Shown: piece by piece, positions 11,367-24,439 of the stretch | Layout of the letters: each line of letters starts with the position of its first letter | How positions within the stretch are numbered: position 1 is the first letter of the stretch | NCBI RefSeq assembly: GCF_048593235.1 | Contig: NC_133622.1 | Location: 238,235,198 to 238,299,197 of the forward strand | Direction of reading: 5' to 3' | Length of the DNA stretch: 64,000 bases | Source of the DNA: Sminthopsis crassicaudata | Lineage: Eukaryota | Translations under genes and position numbers: made by a program | Notes under the pieces: model-generated | The model's input: the letters and a program-made list of their open reading frames with translations, nothing else | Database searches by the model: none | What the model was told of the DNA's origin: nothing

Positions 11367-12128
11367 GAAAAAGAGATTGAAGAAATTACAGTAGATGATG
11401 AGGAAACCAAATTATGATTCTTTGAAGATATGATTGTATATGTAGAGAACCCTAAAAAACTATTAGAAACAGTCTACAGCTTTAGCAAAGTTGCAGGTTA
11501 TAAAATAAATCCACATAACTAATGAGCATTTTTATACATCACCAACAAACTCCAATAGCAAGAGATACAAAGAGAAATTCCATTTAAAGTAACTATTGAT
11601 AGTATAAAATATTTGATAATCTATCTGCCAAAGGAAAATCAGGAACTATATGAGTAAAACTGCAAAACATGAACTGATGCTAAGTGAAATGAGCAGAATC
11701 TGGAGTTTCTTGTACAAGGCAACAGTGATATTATACGATGATCATTTCTGATGCATATGGCTCTCTTCAACAATGAGATGATTTAGATGAGTTTCAATAG
11801 TCTTGTGATCAAAAGAACCATCTACACCCAGAGAGAGGACTATGGGAACTGAGTGTGCTTCAATCACTCTTTTTCTTGTTTGCTTGCATTTTATTTTCTT
11901 CATCATTTTCTTTTCTGATTTGATTTGATTTTTCTTGTACAACAATATAATTGTAAATATGTGTGTATTGTTTTTGACATATATTTCTATAATATATTGG
12001 ATGCTTGCCATCTAGGGGAGGGGATGAGAGGAGGGGGAAAAAACTGGAACACAAGGTTTTACAAGGGCTAATGTTGCAGAATTATCTATGCATATGTTTT
12101 GAAAAATAAAAAGCTTTAATAATAAAAA
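11367..12128 (+). mobile_element. L1 fragment: RT segment fused directly to the 3' end (internal deletion)
   Basis: 11367-11669 resembles L1 RT (F.DDM..Y.ENP..., SFSKVAGYKINPH). It joins at ACA (11667-69) to ATGAACTGATGCTAAGTGAAATGAGC, the 3' UTR, AATAAA and an A tail. Confidence 0.85.
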
Positions 12129-12246
12129 TTGAGGATTGAAAAAAATCTACATACCTTATCCTATTTCTGTTAATCTACACAACCTTGTATACGTGCCCCC
12201 CCATCTTATTCCTTCTTATATTTTAAGATGTTTTTTATCTTTCTGG

Positions 12247-12251
<5 letters not shown>

Positions 12252-12307
<56 letters not shown>
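12252..12307. repeat. (TG)n microsatellite
   Basis: Directly visible. Confidence 0.97.
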
Positions 12308-12312
<5 letters not shown>

Positions 12313-12689
12313 CCTTCTATATCCCTTTCCTGTTCTGAGTAGGATTCTAGAAACATAACTTCTCTTTTCCCTATCCAATTCCTTTAACCTGGAGATATTT
12401 ATACTCCACACTGGCCAAACTTCTATTCTAGTATCTGTCTTCAAATATACTCCAATTGCCCTAGGAAGACTGTTCTGCCCAACTTTTGTCCTTTTTTAGT
12501 GCCCTACATTCACTTCAAGTGCTATTTTGTCTTGTTTGTGGAGGAAATTTGGAGAGTTTTGAATTTTATGACCTACTCCATCATCTTCCCTGAATCCTCT
12601 GTAGGTCTTCTATGTGGATCTCCCAATAAATTTTCAAACTATCCATCAGCACAAAAACTGGGTATCAGGTTACCACTGCTGATCAGAAT

Positions 12690-15392
12690 AAAAGGTCTGA
12701 TTGTTGGATAACAAAAAGCAAAAAGGGTTGAGATATGTATCATCCAATTATTTCTAGATTAAAAATAGTATATACACAAATTAAAAATGAACTGAATGCA
12801 TTAAACAAAACAAAGGTGGCCACTAAAAGCAGGATAGCTTGTGTTGCCCTAGTTTTAAAGGATACTCTTGTGGAAGGGCTATTATTATAAATATGATTGA
12901 CATTTCTCTTGTGTCTCTATAAGAATGTGACCATATGGAAACCAGAAGAGGTCATGAGACAAATAAGCAAAGCATCCAGTTTGAACTTTTAGAAACTGTA
13001 CAGTACACTTCTCCTTGTTTCTCTAAGGAAAAAGAACTAGATGTAGACGAGTGGAAATTAGTAGGAGAGCAACTATGTGAATACTACAATGATGATGGAC
13101 TTGATACAATTTCCAAAGAAACACTTTATACATATAACTTAATGCAACTGGCTTTAGGAAATTATATAAGTTATAGAATAAGAAAAAAGAAGAAAGCAGG
13201 AGGGGGAAGAAATTGATAAACTAGTAAAAAGGATGAAGAATCAGATAAGAATGGAATTAAGTACAATTCTGAGTGTGGTGCTTCACAGCAGGAGCAATAA
13301 GGGCATTCTCCATCCCCTGACCTATGATCCTCAATTAACCTTTCATGGATGGAGGGAAAAGGAGGAGATGAAGGGACAGTGACACAATCAGCACCACCTA
13401 TGAAGCAGCTTTTGACAAGATTCCAAAAGGCACTGATTAAGGCTAAAAAAAAAGGACAGGATATATCTGATGTAAAAATAAATGCATACGCTGTTATTGA
13501 AGAGCTTGACTCTTCATGTCAACAAAAGAGAAGATACACTCCTTTTGTTCTAGAAAAAAAATTAAGGATTTGAAAAAGGGTTGCACTCTTTATGGGGCTA
13601 CATCTCTTACATTAAGATGTTACTAGAGAATTTGGCTTATGAAATCTTAACCCCTAGTGATTGGAAATCTATATCAAGTATGTTTAGAACCTGGACAAAA
13701 CTTATTGTGCATTATATTATAGTGTATAGTGTATATTACGCAGTATAGTGAATTATGCAGGATATAAGCCCAATGAAATGGGCAAACTGAAGTTAATATA
13801 CAAATCATCTTTGACCAACTAGAAGGTAAAGGTCAGTATGCAGATGCTTTAGCACAGATTAATTACCCTTTGGTAGCATAAGAGCAAATTGCTGCTTATT
13901 GTAAAAGCTTGGGTTCCCTCCCAGAAAAAAGATGGAGGGAAAGCCTATACGAAAAGAGAGCAAGGTCCCAATGAACTTTTTGCTGATTTTGTGGAACATC
14001 TGCAGACAGCTGTCACAAGAACCACTGGAGAAAATGCAACTACAAGACTTATGATAAGACAACTGGCTAAGGAAAATGCTAATGAGGTTTGTAGAGGAAT
14101 TATATAGGGAATACTACACAAAGATGCTCCATTTAGAGGAGATCATAAGACACTGTGCCACAGTGGAAAAAATGAAATGCTTATTATACCCAGACTATGA
14201 TGGGAAGACAGGGTCCCTCTTGGCAAGGGACTTCTAGAGAATTGATGCCTTCAAAGTGAAAAAAGTAGGACATCTATGAGCTCAATGTAGATATAGATAT
14301 AGAGTGAGAAGATAGGGTGAGAGAAGACCCCAAACCATATGTCCAAAAGGCAACCAAGGCTTCCACTGGGCCTCAGAATCTCAGAATGTAGATTGACCCA
14401 GGGAAATGAGAGGCTGGGCCTAGCTCCAGGGCCCCAGGTGGGGCATAATGGCAGTTGAGATTACACTCAGAGAGTCTTTAAAAATTCAATATTAAGACAT
14501 GATCAATCAGCCAGAAAGCAATCATATGAGAGAAAGGGATTAAAATTGGGGAGAATACTTTTTAACTCAACAGAAGGCAGTGTCCAGTGCAAGCAGCTCA
14601 AATGTAATTACCAGGTAATGAGGAGAGATTTAGAAAGTGACAAATAGAAGGGAACAGATTGGTTAACTGCTGGGAGAAAGGGTTTGCTTATATTTCTACA
14701 GATGGAGAAGGAATCACATGGGTGCCAATGAGCCATGTTCACCTTGCCCACTGAAGAGAGACAGAAAAACAATAGAAAAACCTCAAAAAAAAAAAAAAAA
14801 AAAAAAAAGGAGAAGACCTAAGAAACATCTAAGAAACACTGAAAGAGCATGGCTGATAATAAGACTGTTTCAGAACTTCAAAACCAGCAGGGATCATTGG
14901 ATTCCCTGAGATGGAATATTGTTGATAAGACTGTTGCAGAACTTCAAAAGCAGCAGGAATCATTGATTCCCTACACAAATGAAGTAATGGACAATAGATT
15001 CCTTTTGGACTATTTCTAGGACTTATGGACATGTATAATTTCTCATTCTGATTCATATTATTTGCTACATCACTACTAGCCTGTGTTACTATGTGCTTAT
15101 GTAATTTTATGTAATCATGTGTAATACTTCCCATGTTGAGATTATGTATACCTGTTTCAAATGAGACCATTCAGAAACCTGCTAATCTGATTTGATTTTC
15201 CATTTCCTTTGATGTTTTCATCTTCCTTCCCTAGATAACAGGAAGGGTGTAATCACCTCCTTTTATAGTGCTTTCACATCTTTTTTGAGGAGTCAGGAAA
15301 AGCATGTTCACCTCCTTTTTTGGGGTTCTCATCTCCTTGAGAAGTCAGGGAGAGTGATCACCCTATGTTATAAAACAAAATAAAGCAGGAGA
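12690..15392 (+). mobile_element. Defective betaretrovirus-like (class II) ERV internal region: gag plus integrase C-terminus, no pro/RT/env
   Basis: MA-like SPCFSKEKELDVDEWKLVGEQL (ORF 12935). CA C-terminal QGPNELFADFVEHLQTAV...LAKENANEVC (ORF 13889). Two degenerate CCHC knuckles at about 14246-14290 and 14340-14390 (CPK.NQGFHWASEC). IN C-terminal GFAYISTDGEGITWVP at about 14680-14730. Purine tract before the LTR. Multiple stops and frameshifts; left boundary uncertain. Confidence 0.85.
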
Positions 15393-15814
15393 TGTTATGG
15401 GGCAGAATTCTGAACTTATAAGATACTTATAAGATACTAAGACAGTGAGGAAACAGTGGTTATCTAGTTTAGCATGGTTCAGTATGATTGATTTAAACTT
15501 ACAATAAATAATGGTTTCCTAGTGATATAATGATTGGTTTATACTCAGTGTAGAATATATAAGATAGGAGCTTTAGCCAGAATTCATTTGGAGAGATTCA
15601 GATGGCAGAGAAGACAGGTGGGAATTCAAGTTCTCAGAACTAAGAAGAGACATAGGCCTTCAAGAAAGCTAACTGGCCCCAGAATAGGAGACAAGACTTT
15701 GAAAGAGATAATAAAAGATTTGGACTTTAATCCCTGGCTATTCTTGTGATTACTGAATTGAAAGGAAGGCTGCTCCCAGAGACCCCCAAGAAAATCAAAC
15801 AAGAGAACATTACA
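15393..15814 (+). mobile_element. 3' LTR of the defective ERV
   Basis: TGTTATGGG...GAACATTACA (TG..CA), preceded by AAAACAAAATAAAGCAGGAGA. Contains AATAAA and shares blocks with the solo LTR at 51721. Confidence 0.88.
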
Positions 15815-15919
15815 TCACTATTTGCCTTTTGTATTTCTGTTGAATGTCTTACACCTAACCTGCTGATCTACTGGCTTGTAGCCAGGACAGAGTAGCCAAT
15901 ACTGCTTCTAAATTTATAT

Positions 15920-16830
15920 GAATATAACTCGCAAATTGATAAATGGCCAAAAAATATAAAAAGCTCACAGCTAACAGATTATATCACATGACAGAAATAA
16001 AAATGATAAATGAGGGAGAGAATAAGGAAAAACTGAGACACTATTGTTACTTAGTTTGTGGCGATATAATCTAAGCCAACCATTTTGGACAAAGATTTGA
16101 AACTTTGCCAAATAGCAAACTGTAAAACTGTGCATTCCTTTTGACCAAAAAGTAAACAAGCTGGATCTGTAACTAAAGATAGCAAAAAAAAAAAAAAAAA
16201 AAAGAGTAGTATATTTATAAAAATATGAATTGTTTTGTGCTGACAAGGGATTGCAAATTGAAAGAACCACAAATTGGAAAATGATTGTTGTAAATAATTT
16301 TGATGGAATATTGTGATATAAGAAATGATGAACAATATGCTTTCAGAAAAGAACGTGTAGAAACTTACATGAAGTGATGTATAATAAAATGAGCAGAGCC
16401 TAGAGAACATTGTATTAAATAACATCAATAATGTAATAATGACCAACTGTGAATGATTTAGTCATTCTCAACAATATAATGATTTAAGACAATTCTGAAT
16501 TTAAGATAAAAAAATGCTATCCAATTCCAGAAAAAGATCTGAGTAAGGATTGAAGCATACTTTTTAACTTTACCTTTTTTATGTCTATATTTTCCTTGCA
16601 TCCTGGCTAATATGCAATAGATGTACATAATAATGTATAAATAATTTATATTAAATTGTTAACATTCTCAAGGTGGAGGTTTGGGATAGAGGAAAAGAGA
16701 GACAGAAATGGGAGCTCAAATATTAATTTAAAAAACACATGATAAAAATGTGTATTTATATATAATCAAGAAAAAAAATTTAAATAAATTTATTTTTTAA
16801 ATAAAATTATTTTAAATAAAATTTTAAAAA
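15920..16830 (+). mobile_element. Old L1 3' remnant
   Basis: Homologous to the L1 3' remnants at about 5100-6045, 28980-29960 and 44730-45665. Confidence 0.7.
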
Positions 16831-16839
16831 AATTAAATC

Positions 16840-18278
16840 TACTCTATCAATTTTCCTATCTCTGAAAAGATGTCATGTGAAGTCCCTCTTCATAAAGGAT
16901 CCTGCATTATTCTTGACACTCAAGAGAATTAGTCCTAATGGAACTTTCACCCCATGGTTTTGAAGGCAGAGCATGGAAACCCCAAAGGCAGAATAAAGTA
17001 CCAACTAGACAAATTTTTTTTTCATAAACAACTTAGTAAAATTCTACCTCTACTTCTAAGCTAAAGCCCTTCAAAAATCATTGATAATTAAGTCCTGTGA
17101 GAATGAGGCATGAGGCATGAGCCATGGGAATAGGTCAGTATCTTTCTTTAGGATAATCTTTAAATATTTTGTAAACAAAAAAGGAACCACTTTCTCAGGT
17201 TCCCTCCCCCCTTTGGTATGGACAGTTTAAATCCTTGAGAGAACCTCTTAAACTTTCTGTCACAGGTTTTGTCTGGTGTCTTATAGTCATATGAGTAAGC
17301 TCTCCATAATGTACTGTTTTTCTAATGCTAAATTGAATCTACGATTTTCTAGGAATATAACTTCAGATCTTGTATTTCTCAGGAATATTCAATACCTGGA
17401 TTTATTTGACTAAAAACATTGTTTCTCATGTTTCTCTGAAATGTTGCTTTGAGGTGTGTTTAGCTCATCTTCTTAGATGATACTTATTATGGAAGATTCC
17501 ATTGGGAACATGGACAATTCATGCATACTTATGCAGAATTGAAAATGTTTTATTAAACAGGATTATTTATTGCTCTCCTCAATATATCAGAAGCTACTCA
17601 TTCAAATAAAAAGTAAGTTTTTTGTCTTAGTTCTCTACTCTTTTTCATGAAGTTATTATCTGTTAACTACCTAACACTTTTTGTATGAGAAACTTATGAT
17701 ACTTTATATATTATCATATGATAATACATAGATATGTATAATACATAGATAATAATACCTATGATAATAGATAATACAGAGAATATAGAAAGATGATATT
17801 GTACAAATCAGCCAGACTTGTATTCATGAAAGCCTAAGTTAAATGTCTTACCTTTGATTCAGTGGCTGTGACATTGGACATTTAATCTCAGAGTTATAAA
17901 CTCCAAAGGAGGTGTGAATGCATATTGTTTGGCAGATTTCTACTGATAAATTCTAAATGAATGAAATCTTAAGTCAAATTCAACCAAAAAAAGTTGGCAG
18001 AAGCACATTTATCTTTATTCTATCCATGTGCAGTTGACTTGTGCAAGATTGTTATTTCTGGGATTCTAAAACATCATGGAAATAATTACCATGCAGATAG
18101 ATGTGGCTCTTAAGTGTTGTTCTCACCAACAAAACAGAAAATTCTCATTAATTACAACTTCTACTCAGTGAGTCATATCTTTTCAATTTTTCAGTCATAC
18201 CCAGTTCTCTTTTTTCTATTCCTCATATAAATCTGATTTTAATAGAAACCAAGTCAAAGATCTTCATCCTTTGAGGAG

Positions 18279-18290
<12 letters not shown>
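16840..18290 (+). promoter_or_regulatory. Conserved upstream block of OR2; candidate promoter region
   Basis: Paralogue of 6050-7330. TAATTAAGTCCTGTGAGA at 17085-17102, AG|GTCAGT donor-like site shortly after, and O/E-like TTCCATTGGGAA near 17500. Confidence 0.4.
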
Positions 18291-18309
<19 letters not shown>

Positions 18310-20675
18310 TATGTTATTGCAATATATTTGAGGGAAGAGAAGGAAAATTTAAAATGTATAGCAGTTTGAAGGAAGGCATCATAGAGTCAATACCTGAGTT
18401 TAGCCTTGAAGAAAGACAAATCTCCTGAAGAAAAACAAGGATGGAGCAAAACCTTGTTAATTTGATAGGTTGTATGAATTTCTGAAAGCAAGGATGTCCA
18501 GGAAACTGTTCATAATAAATTGAATTTAACAAAGATTTCATGAAGGAAACACTGAGAATATTTATATAGAAGAGAGCAAAATGCTAAGGGAACATCAGAA
18601 TTAAATGAAGAAGAAGATAAGGATAAAGAAATGGAAGTAAAAGAAAGAAAGAATATATGGAAAAAGGAGATGTACAACAGTATTAAAACTGTATGGGATA
18701 CCAGAAGGATAAGGCCCTAACAGAGGATATCACAGTTAAAAATGAGCCCTCTGATTTCTTAAATGCCAAACCAATCTTGGAAAATGGTAACAGTCTAAAA
18801 ACACAAGATTTAGAAAAGAATAACTCTTGAAATGTATTACTTATTATGATATGAATGAGGGATAAATGAAACTTTTTTTCTAATTTTACTTAGAACATAT
18901 AATTAGAGTCTTTCAGTATAGATTATGTGCAAGTAAATTTGGCTCAAATTAATAAGCCATGCAAACTGAATGATGTGAAATGAATAAATTCTCATTTTGG
19001 TTAAGACTTGAACTAGAATATTTCAAATTTTCTTTCCATATATACAATAATGTAACTATAAGCTATTGATATAGTGGGGCTTTTTTTATGATTGGATTTG
19101 GATCTGATGTAAGTTTTAACATTACATTGCAATTTATTTCTTGGTAGACCTTCAATTTAGATATGAAGGAATTGAAATAGGTAATTATATCACTGGAGAT
19201 GAAATTTTATATAGCACTTTCCTCACAAAATACTCATAATCCAGGAAGTTAAATAGTAATTAATTCCAATGGACAGATGAGGAAAATCATACTGACCTTG
19301 TCATTTTCCCATGTTCAAAGACCTAGTAAATTAGAAAGTAGTTTTGTGTATAGGACTCCTCACCACTAGGTTTTTATTTCACTTACCTAGATCTAAATTC
19401 TCTGAAGAACAATAATTTCACTATTGAGCTTCACAAGTCCCCCAATATTTTTTAAATCCTTCTATGAACACATAGGAAGTAGAGATGGAGGATACTGTGG
19501 GTCAAGCAAGGAATGTGTCCAGTGGCTTTGTGGCTTCCTAGCATCTTCTATCTCTAATATTTTAGGTGGCAATCAACAAATTCACTAAGACACCATGAAA
19601 AAATCAAGAACGATTTAAGAAATATTCCATTGTTCTACGTGTCCATGACAGAAGAAAACAGAAGAAAAACAACATTTATATATATTTAGTGACTATCCTG
19701 TGCCAGGCACTGTGCCAAGTACTTTCTAAAACCAATGTTTCTGTTTATCATCCTGAAAATAGCTACTATGATCAATCCATATGGCATTTGAGGTACCTCA
19801 ACAAATTAAGGTTAGTAGATTTATCCAGGGTTAAATAATTTTGTAAATGTCTAAAGCTGGATTTAGCGTAGGACTTCATAACTTCAAGCCCAGTGCTACA
19901 TCCACTCTACATGGATAGCTGCCATGTACAACCACATAGAGGCTTAAAGTCAATTAAATTTAAAGCAGGAATAATTATGGATAAACATAGAGTAGGACTT
20001 CTTTTCCGCCAGGACATTAGTGCATAGCAGTGATCTATTACACATACAGATAATGTCCTATTATTAAGTTTTGGGAAGATAATATCTTATGAAATACCAT
20101 AGTAGAAGCTAACACCATTTTTACCTACTTGTAAGGTACAAACGTGTACTCACAATTGCAGGATAGTCAGATCATGTTCCTCAATCACCTAGAAGAAATT
20201 GGGAAAGAGATATTATTATTCTATATTCTTAGACATACCAAAAGGGGAAAAAAAGGATCAACAGGTAAATGCTTAATGAAAATCTGTTAACACATGAATT
20301 AAAAGCTGTGTACCCAAATAGAACCTGGACAAAAAGCTTCCCCTCCTTAAATGGGATAGAAATACTTTTACCATCTAGATGAAAGATAAATATTTTTCAG
20401 GGGGATTCTCATCACAGAGGAGACAGATTTTATGTCTAAAAACACTGGAATCAACTTTGGGAAGGTGTAAAGACACAATTACTCAAAAATATATATAAAT
20501 AATTAAACACACATAAATGAATGAATAAACAAACAAATAAAAAAAGTGGGCATTTGTTATGAGGGGTTTGCTCATACTTGCAACTTGAGTTATATGAAGG
20601 CTGTGTAATTCTGCAATTTTCTTTGCAGATGAAACCCATCTCTTAATAATCTGCTTTTTTTTTCTTATTACATAG

Positions 20676-21605
20676 ATGGAGATTGGAAGGAATGTGACAG
20701 AATTCATCTTATTAGGACTTACAGAGAATCTGAAGATGCAGAAAATAATCTTTGTTTTGTTTCTGGTCTTATACACAATAACACTGACAGGCAATGTACT
20801 CATTGTGGTGACCATCACTAGCAGCCAGTCTTTAAACACCCCCATGTATTTCTTTTTGGCACATTTGTCTTTCATAGATACTATCTATTCAACTTCTTCA
20901 GCACCTAAGCTTATCATGGATTCTTTAAAAGAGAAGAAAGTAATCTCCTTCAATTGGTGCATGACCCAGGTCTATGCAGAACATGTCTTTGGGGCTACTG
21001 AAATAATCTTGCTTACAGTGATGGCTTATGATAGGTACGTTGCCATCTGTAAACCACTCCACTATACTACAATCATGAGCAGGAAACTGTGTGGTCTCCT
21101 TGTGGGGGTAGCTTGGACAGGAGGCTTTCTTCATGCAACGATCCAGATTCTTTTCACAATCTGGTTGCCTTTCTGTGGACCGAACATTATAGATCACTTC
21201 ATGTGTGACTTGTACCCTTTGCTCGAACTTGTTTGCATGGACACCCATACCCTTGGTATATTTGTGGCAGCTAATAGTGGCTTCATCTGTCTGTTAAACT
21301 TCCTCTTGTTGATGGTCTCCTATGTTGTAATTCTACGTTCCTTGAAGAATCACAGTTTGGAGGGCAGACGCAAAGCCCTCTCCACCTGTATCTCTCATAT
21401 CACTGTGGTTATTTTATTTTTTTTGCCTTGCATATTTGTATATCTGAGGCCAGTGATGACCCTTCCCATAGATAAAGCTGTAGCTGTCTTTTATACTATG
21501 GTGGCCCCCATGTTAAACCCTTTAATCTACACATTAAGGAACACAGAGGTGAAAAATGCTATGAGAAAGCTCTGGACTCAGAAAGTGAATTTAAATGATA
21601 AATAA
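20676..21605 (+). CDS. OR4C12-like: OR2: olfactory receptor 4C12-like, intact, 309 aa
   Basis: Complete ORF with all canonical OR motifs. Closest of the set to recalled human OR4C12 ([45 protein letters not shown]). Confidence 0.95.
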   Translation: MEIGRNVTEFILLGLTENLKMQKIIFVLFLVLYTITLTGNVLIVVTITSSQSLNTPMYFFLAHLSFIDTIYSTSSAPKLIMDSLKEKKVISFNWCMTQVYAEHVFGATEIILLTVMAYDRYVAICKPLHYTTIMSRKLCGLLVGVAWTGGFLHATIQILFTIWLPFCGPNIIDHFMCDLYPLLELVCMDTHTLGIFVAANSGFICLLNFLLLMVSYVVILRSLKNHSLEGRRKALSTCISHITVVILFFLPCIFVYLRPVMTLPIDKAVAVFYTMVAPMLNPLIYTLRNTEVKNAMRKLWTQKVNLNDK

Positions 21606-24439
21606 CCGACCCTAAGAATACATCCTTTATAATACAATAACTTAGGGTAATACATTAAATGGTAATGATCCAATGATTATTGGTTTAGGAACTAGAGATT
21701 TAAAGAACATTGACAGCACTTAATGTTATACAGCAAGGCACAGACTGAGGTCAGCAACTAATTATCCAGAGGGGGGGGGGAATGTATAGTTTGAAATATA
21801 ATGGCTTTTATCCTTCAAATTCCCAAAATTCTTAGGCTGAGCATTTATATTGCTCAATGTCTTTTGTACCCGAGTCCCTTATCCAGCAGACTACCTTTCA
21901 GGAGTCTCAAGATGCTCCAAGGTCTCTTTTGATCAATGCAAATATTCCTGCATCTCTCCCTTTGCATGGACATTGGTCCCGTGATCTAATACAAAATTAT
22001 CTCAATGTATTGTAACATGTTTACTTGAAAGCATTTGCTACAGCTTATCCTAGAAGTTTTAGAATCTTGATTTTGTTACCATATTGGATATTTACATCTC
22101 TGGCTTATGAATTTCCACTATTTTTTATTCCTCATTTCTATCATGGTCAAGAGAGAGGGAGAATGTGATAGTTTAAATAATGACAGACATATATCTTAAC
22201 TTTTTTTTTTACAAGTTGCCTTTGTTAACTATTGTATTATATTTATATCTTTTTATATTATTTACAAAAACTGCTATCATATATTTTCTCATTTGATTAT
22301 ATGTAATACCATATAGACATAGCAGAGCATTATATAAATCTAATCACATCTTACTAAATACAGAGCTAAAGCGGAAGAAGGAAAAATAATCTTTCCCAGA
22401 GGTTCAAGAAAATTAAGTGGATGATAGTAGAGTAATTTTAGAGATAATGAGTCCAACGTCTTGGTTTTTGTGGTTGTTTGTTTGTTTTGTTCCTTAACCA
22501 TTGAATACTGAGATATTTACTGTTTTCTAGGCATCAGAAAAGTAACATTATCTGAATCCAGGTCTTCTTCACTCCAGATCCATTTTTTTTTTTACCCATT
22601 ACATGCAACATCTCTACATATCTTTGGGTCACAACACATCCTTAGAACTGCTGAAAGAAAAAAACAAGATTCCTGATTCTTGGAACTGGAATTATTTTTA
22701 ACACATCCTCATTAGGATGACTTTTATTGCCAGAATATGTCATTATTTGCATTTGAAATTTAAATAGATAAATCTGTACAATATGAAAATAAAAACTATC
22801 TTGGGATTTTAATAATAATTGTAGATTATTTCCTTTAAATTATTTTGCTAGTCATGGTGGTTACAAAAATGATTATTAGGAGCAATTTTCTAAAATTTAT
22901 CAATTTTGATACCACAGACACATTTGAATCCCCTATTTTGTAGAGATCTCAGAGACTAATGATTCTGTGCAGTAGTTTACAAGCAAGCATTCCCTCAAAA
23001 CTTCTCCCAGTAAATGATCTTCTAATCTTTTCCAAATTATTTCTAGATAGGCTAAGTTTATAACCTACTGAAGCAACCCAATTCCCTTTTGGGTATCACT
23101 ATTTGGTAGCTTGTTTTCTTTCCATTGTGCTAATATCCACAATTTTAAATAATTCATCCAATTTCTTAGTGTCTATGTAGAATGATTCAATTTTCTTAGC
23201 CACATAACTAGAAAAGTAATTTCTTTGGGTAGCTCTCACTGTCTTTTTTTGAGAAAACTCTGTATTCCAAGCAATTTCAAACTTTCTCTGTTTGGAATGC
23301 ATGTTCAGAATTATGCACAAGTATTATAACCAAATGCAAAAAAAAAAAAAAAAACCCTCAAAACCCAAATAATTATTAACGGTGCTGCTTCCAACAATCA
23401 TGAGAATAAAGACAATGAATTTATCTGCATTTAACATTTCTCCTTTACTTTGTTTATTATTAAATAATGATTTTTTTTTCCTTTTCTTTCTTTGCTCAAA
23501 GCAGGGAATATTTGAAAAGTTTATAGAACTGTTGGAAGAGGAAAAATCAATTAAGAAATAGTAGTTAGCAACTGCCACCAAAATGCTACTGGGAAAACTA
23601 TTTTTTTTTTCAGTTTTGTGAAAACAGTAAGAGAATCCTGATACAATTATGGAGTATATATTCAGAGTATGACAGAAAATCTTCAATAGCCTTTAAAAGT
23701 GGGAAGGCAACTACCCACTTTTGGTCTTTGACAAGTAAATACATTATATCATGGAAAAAAAAATGGACAGAACTCCCAAAGATTGCTAAGATTTAATCAA
23801 AATAATAAAAAAAAACCTTCAGAATAAAATGATAATATTCATCATAGCTATCTACTGAAGAAAAACATTTAGAATTAAAGACACACACACATATAAATCA
23901 GAAATTATTCACTGGTTAAAAAATCAGGTCTGAAGGCATAAAAAAGAGGAGAATGTATATGCTGGTAATTCCTCGTACCCTAAATTTCTGTGTTGGATTC
24001 TTTCTGGACTAAGTAATTATGTGTCTAAGATAATTCTAGAACTAGGCAATCTTTGGATCAGAGGACCCGCAGAATGTGAAAGAAGGTTCAACCTAGGGCA
24101 GAAATGGAAAAGGGCAAAAATCCCATGTTCCATGGTGGTAAGACAGGATCCCTGAGTGGTTTTACCAGCTTCTGTGAGATATGACATTCTCTATTAAAAA
24201 AACAAGCAAAATATTAAAGAATTAATCAAATTAATTGACTCCATCAATAAATTGACAATAATAAATTGATTAAATAGTAAGAAGATTTGAGAAACTTAAA
24301 GGAGATATAGTGGGAAAGCACAGCACAATAACTGGCACATAGTAAGTTCTATATAAGTATTACAATAATTATTATCATTACCAAAAACAGACCAAAATAA
24401 AGTCATAAAAATACAAGTTTAGATAATATAACTGCATAA

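Noticed and set aside
12340-12690. Possible antisense L1 5' UTR (minus strand GGGAAGATGATGGAGTAGG)
   Set aside because: Resemblance is short and from memory only; not supported well enough to list as a feature.
14855-14975. Direct repeats with a spacer resembling a CRISPR unit
   Set aside because: Only two copies, inside a mammalian ERV; no array or cas genes.
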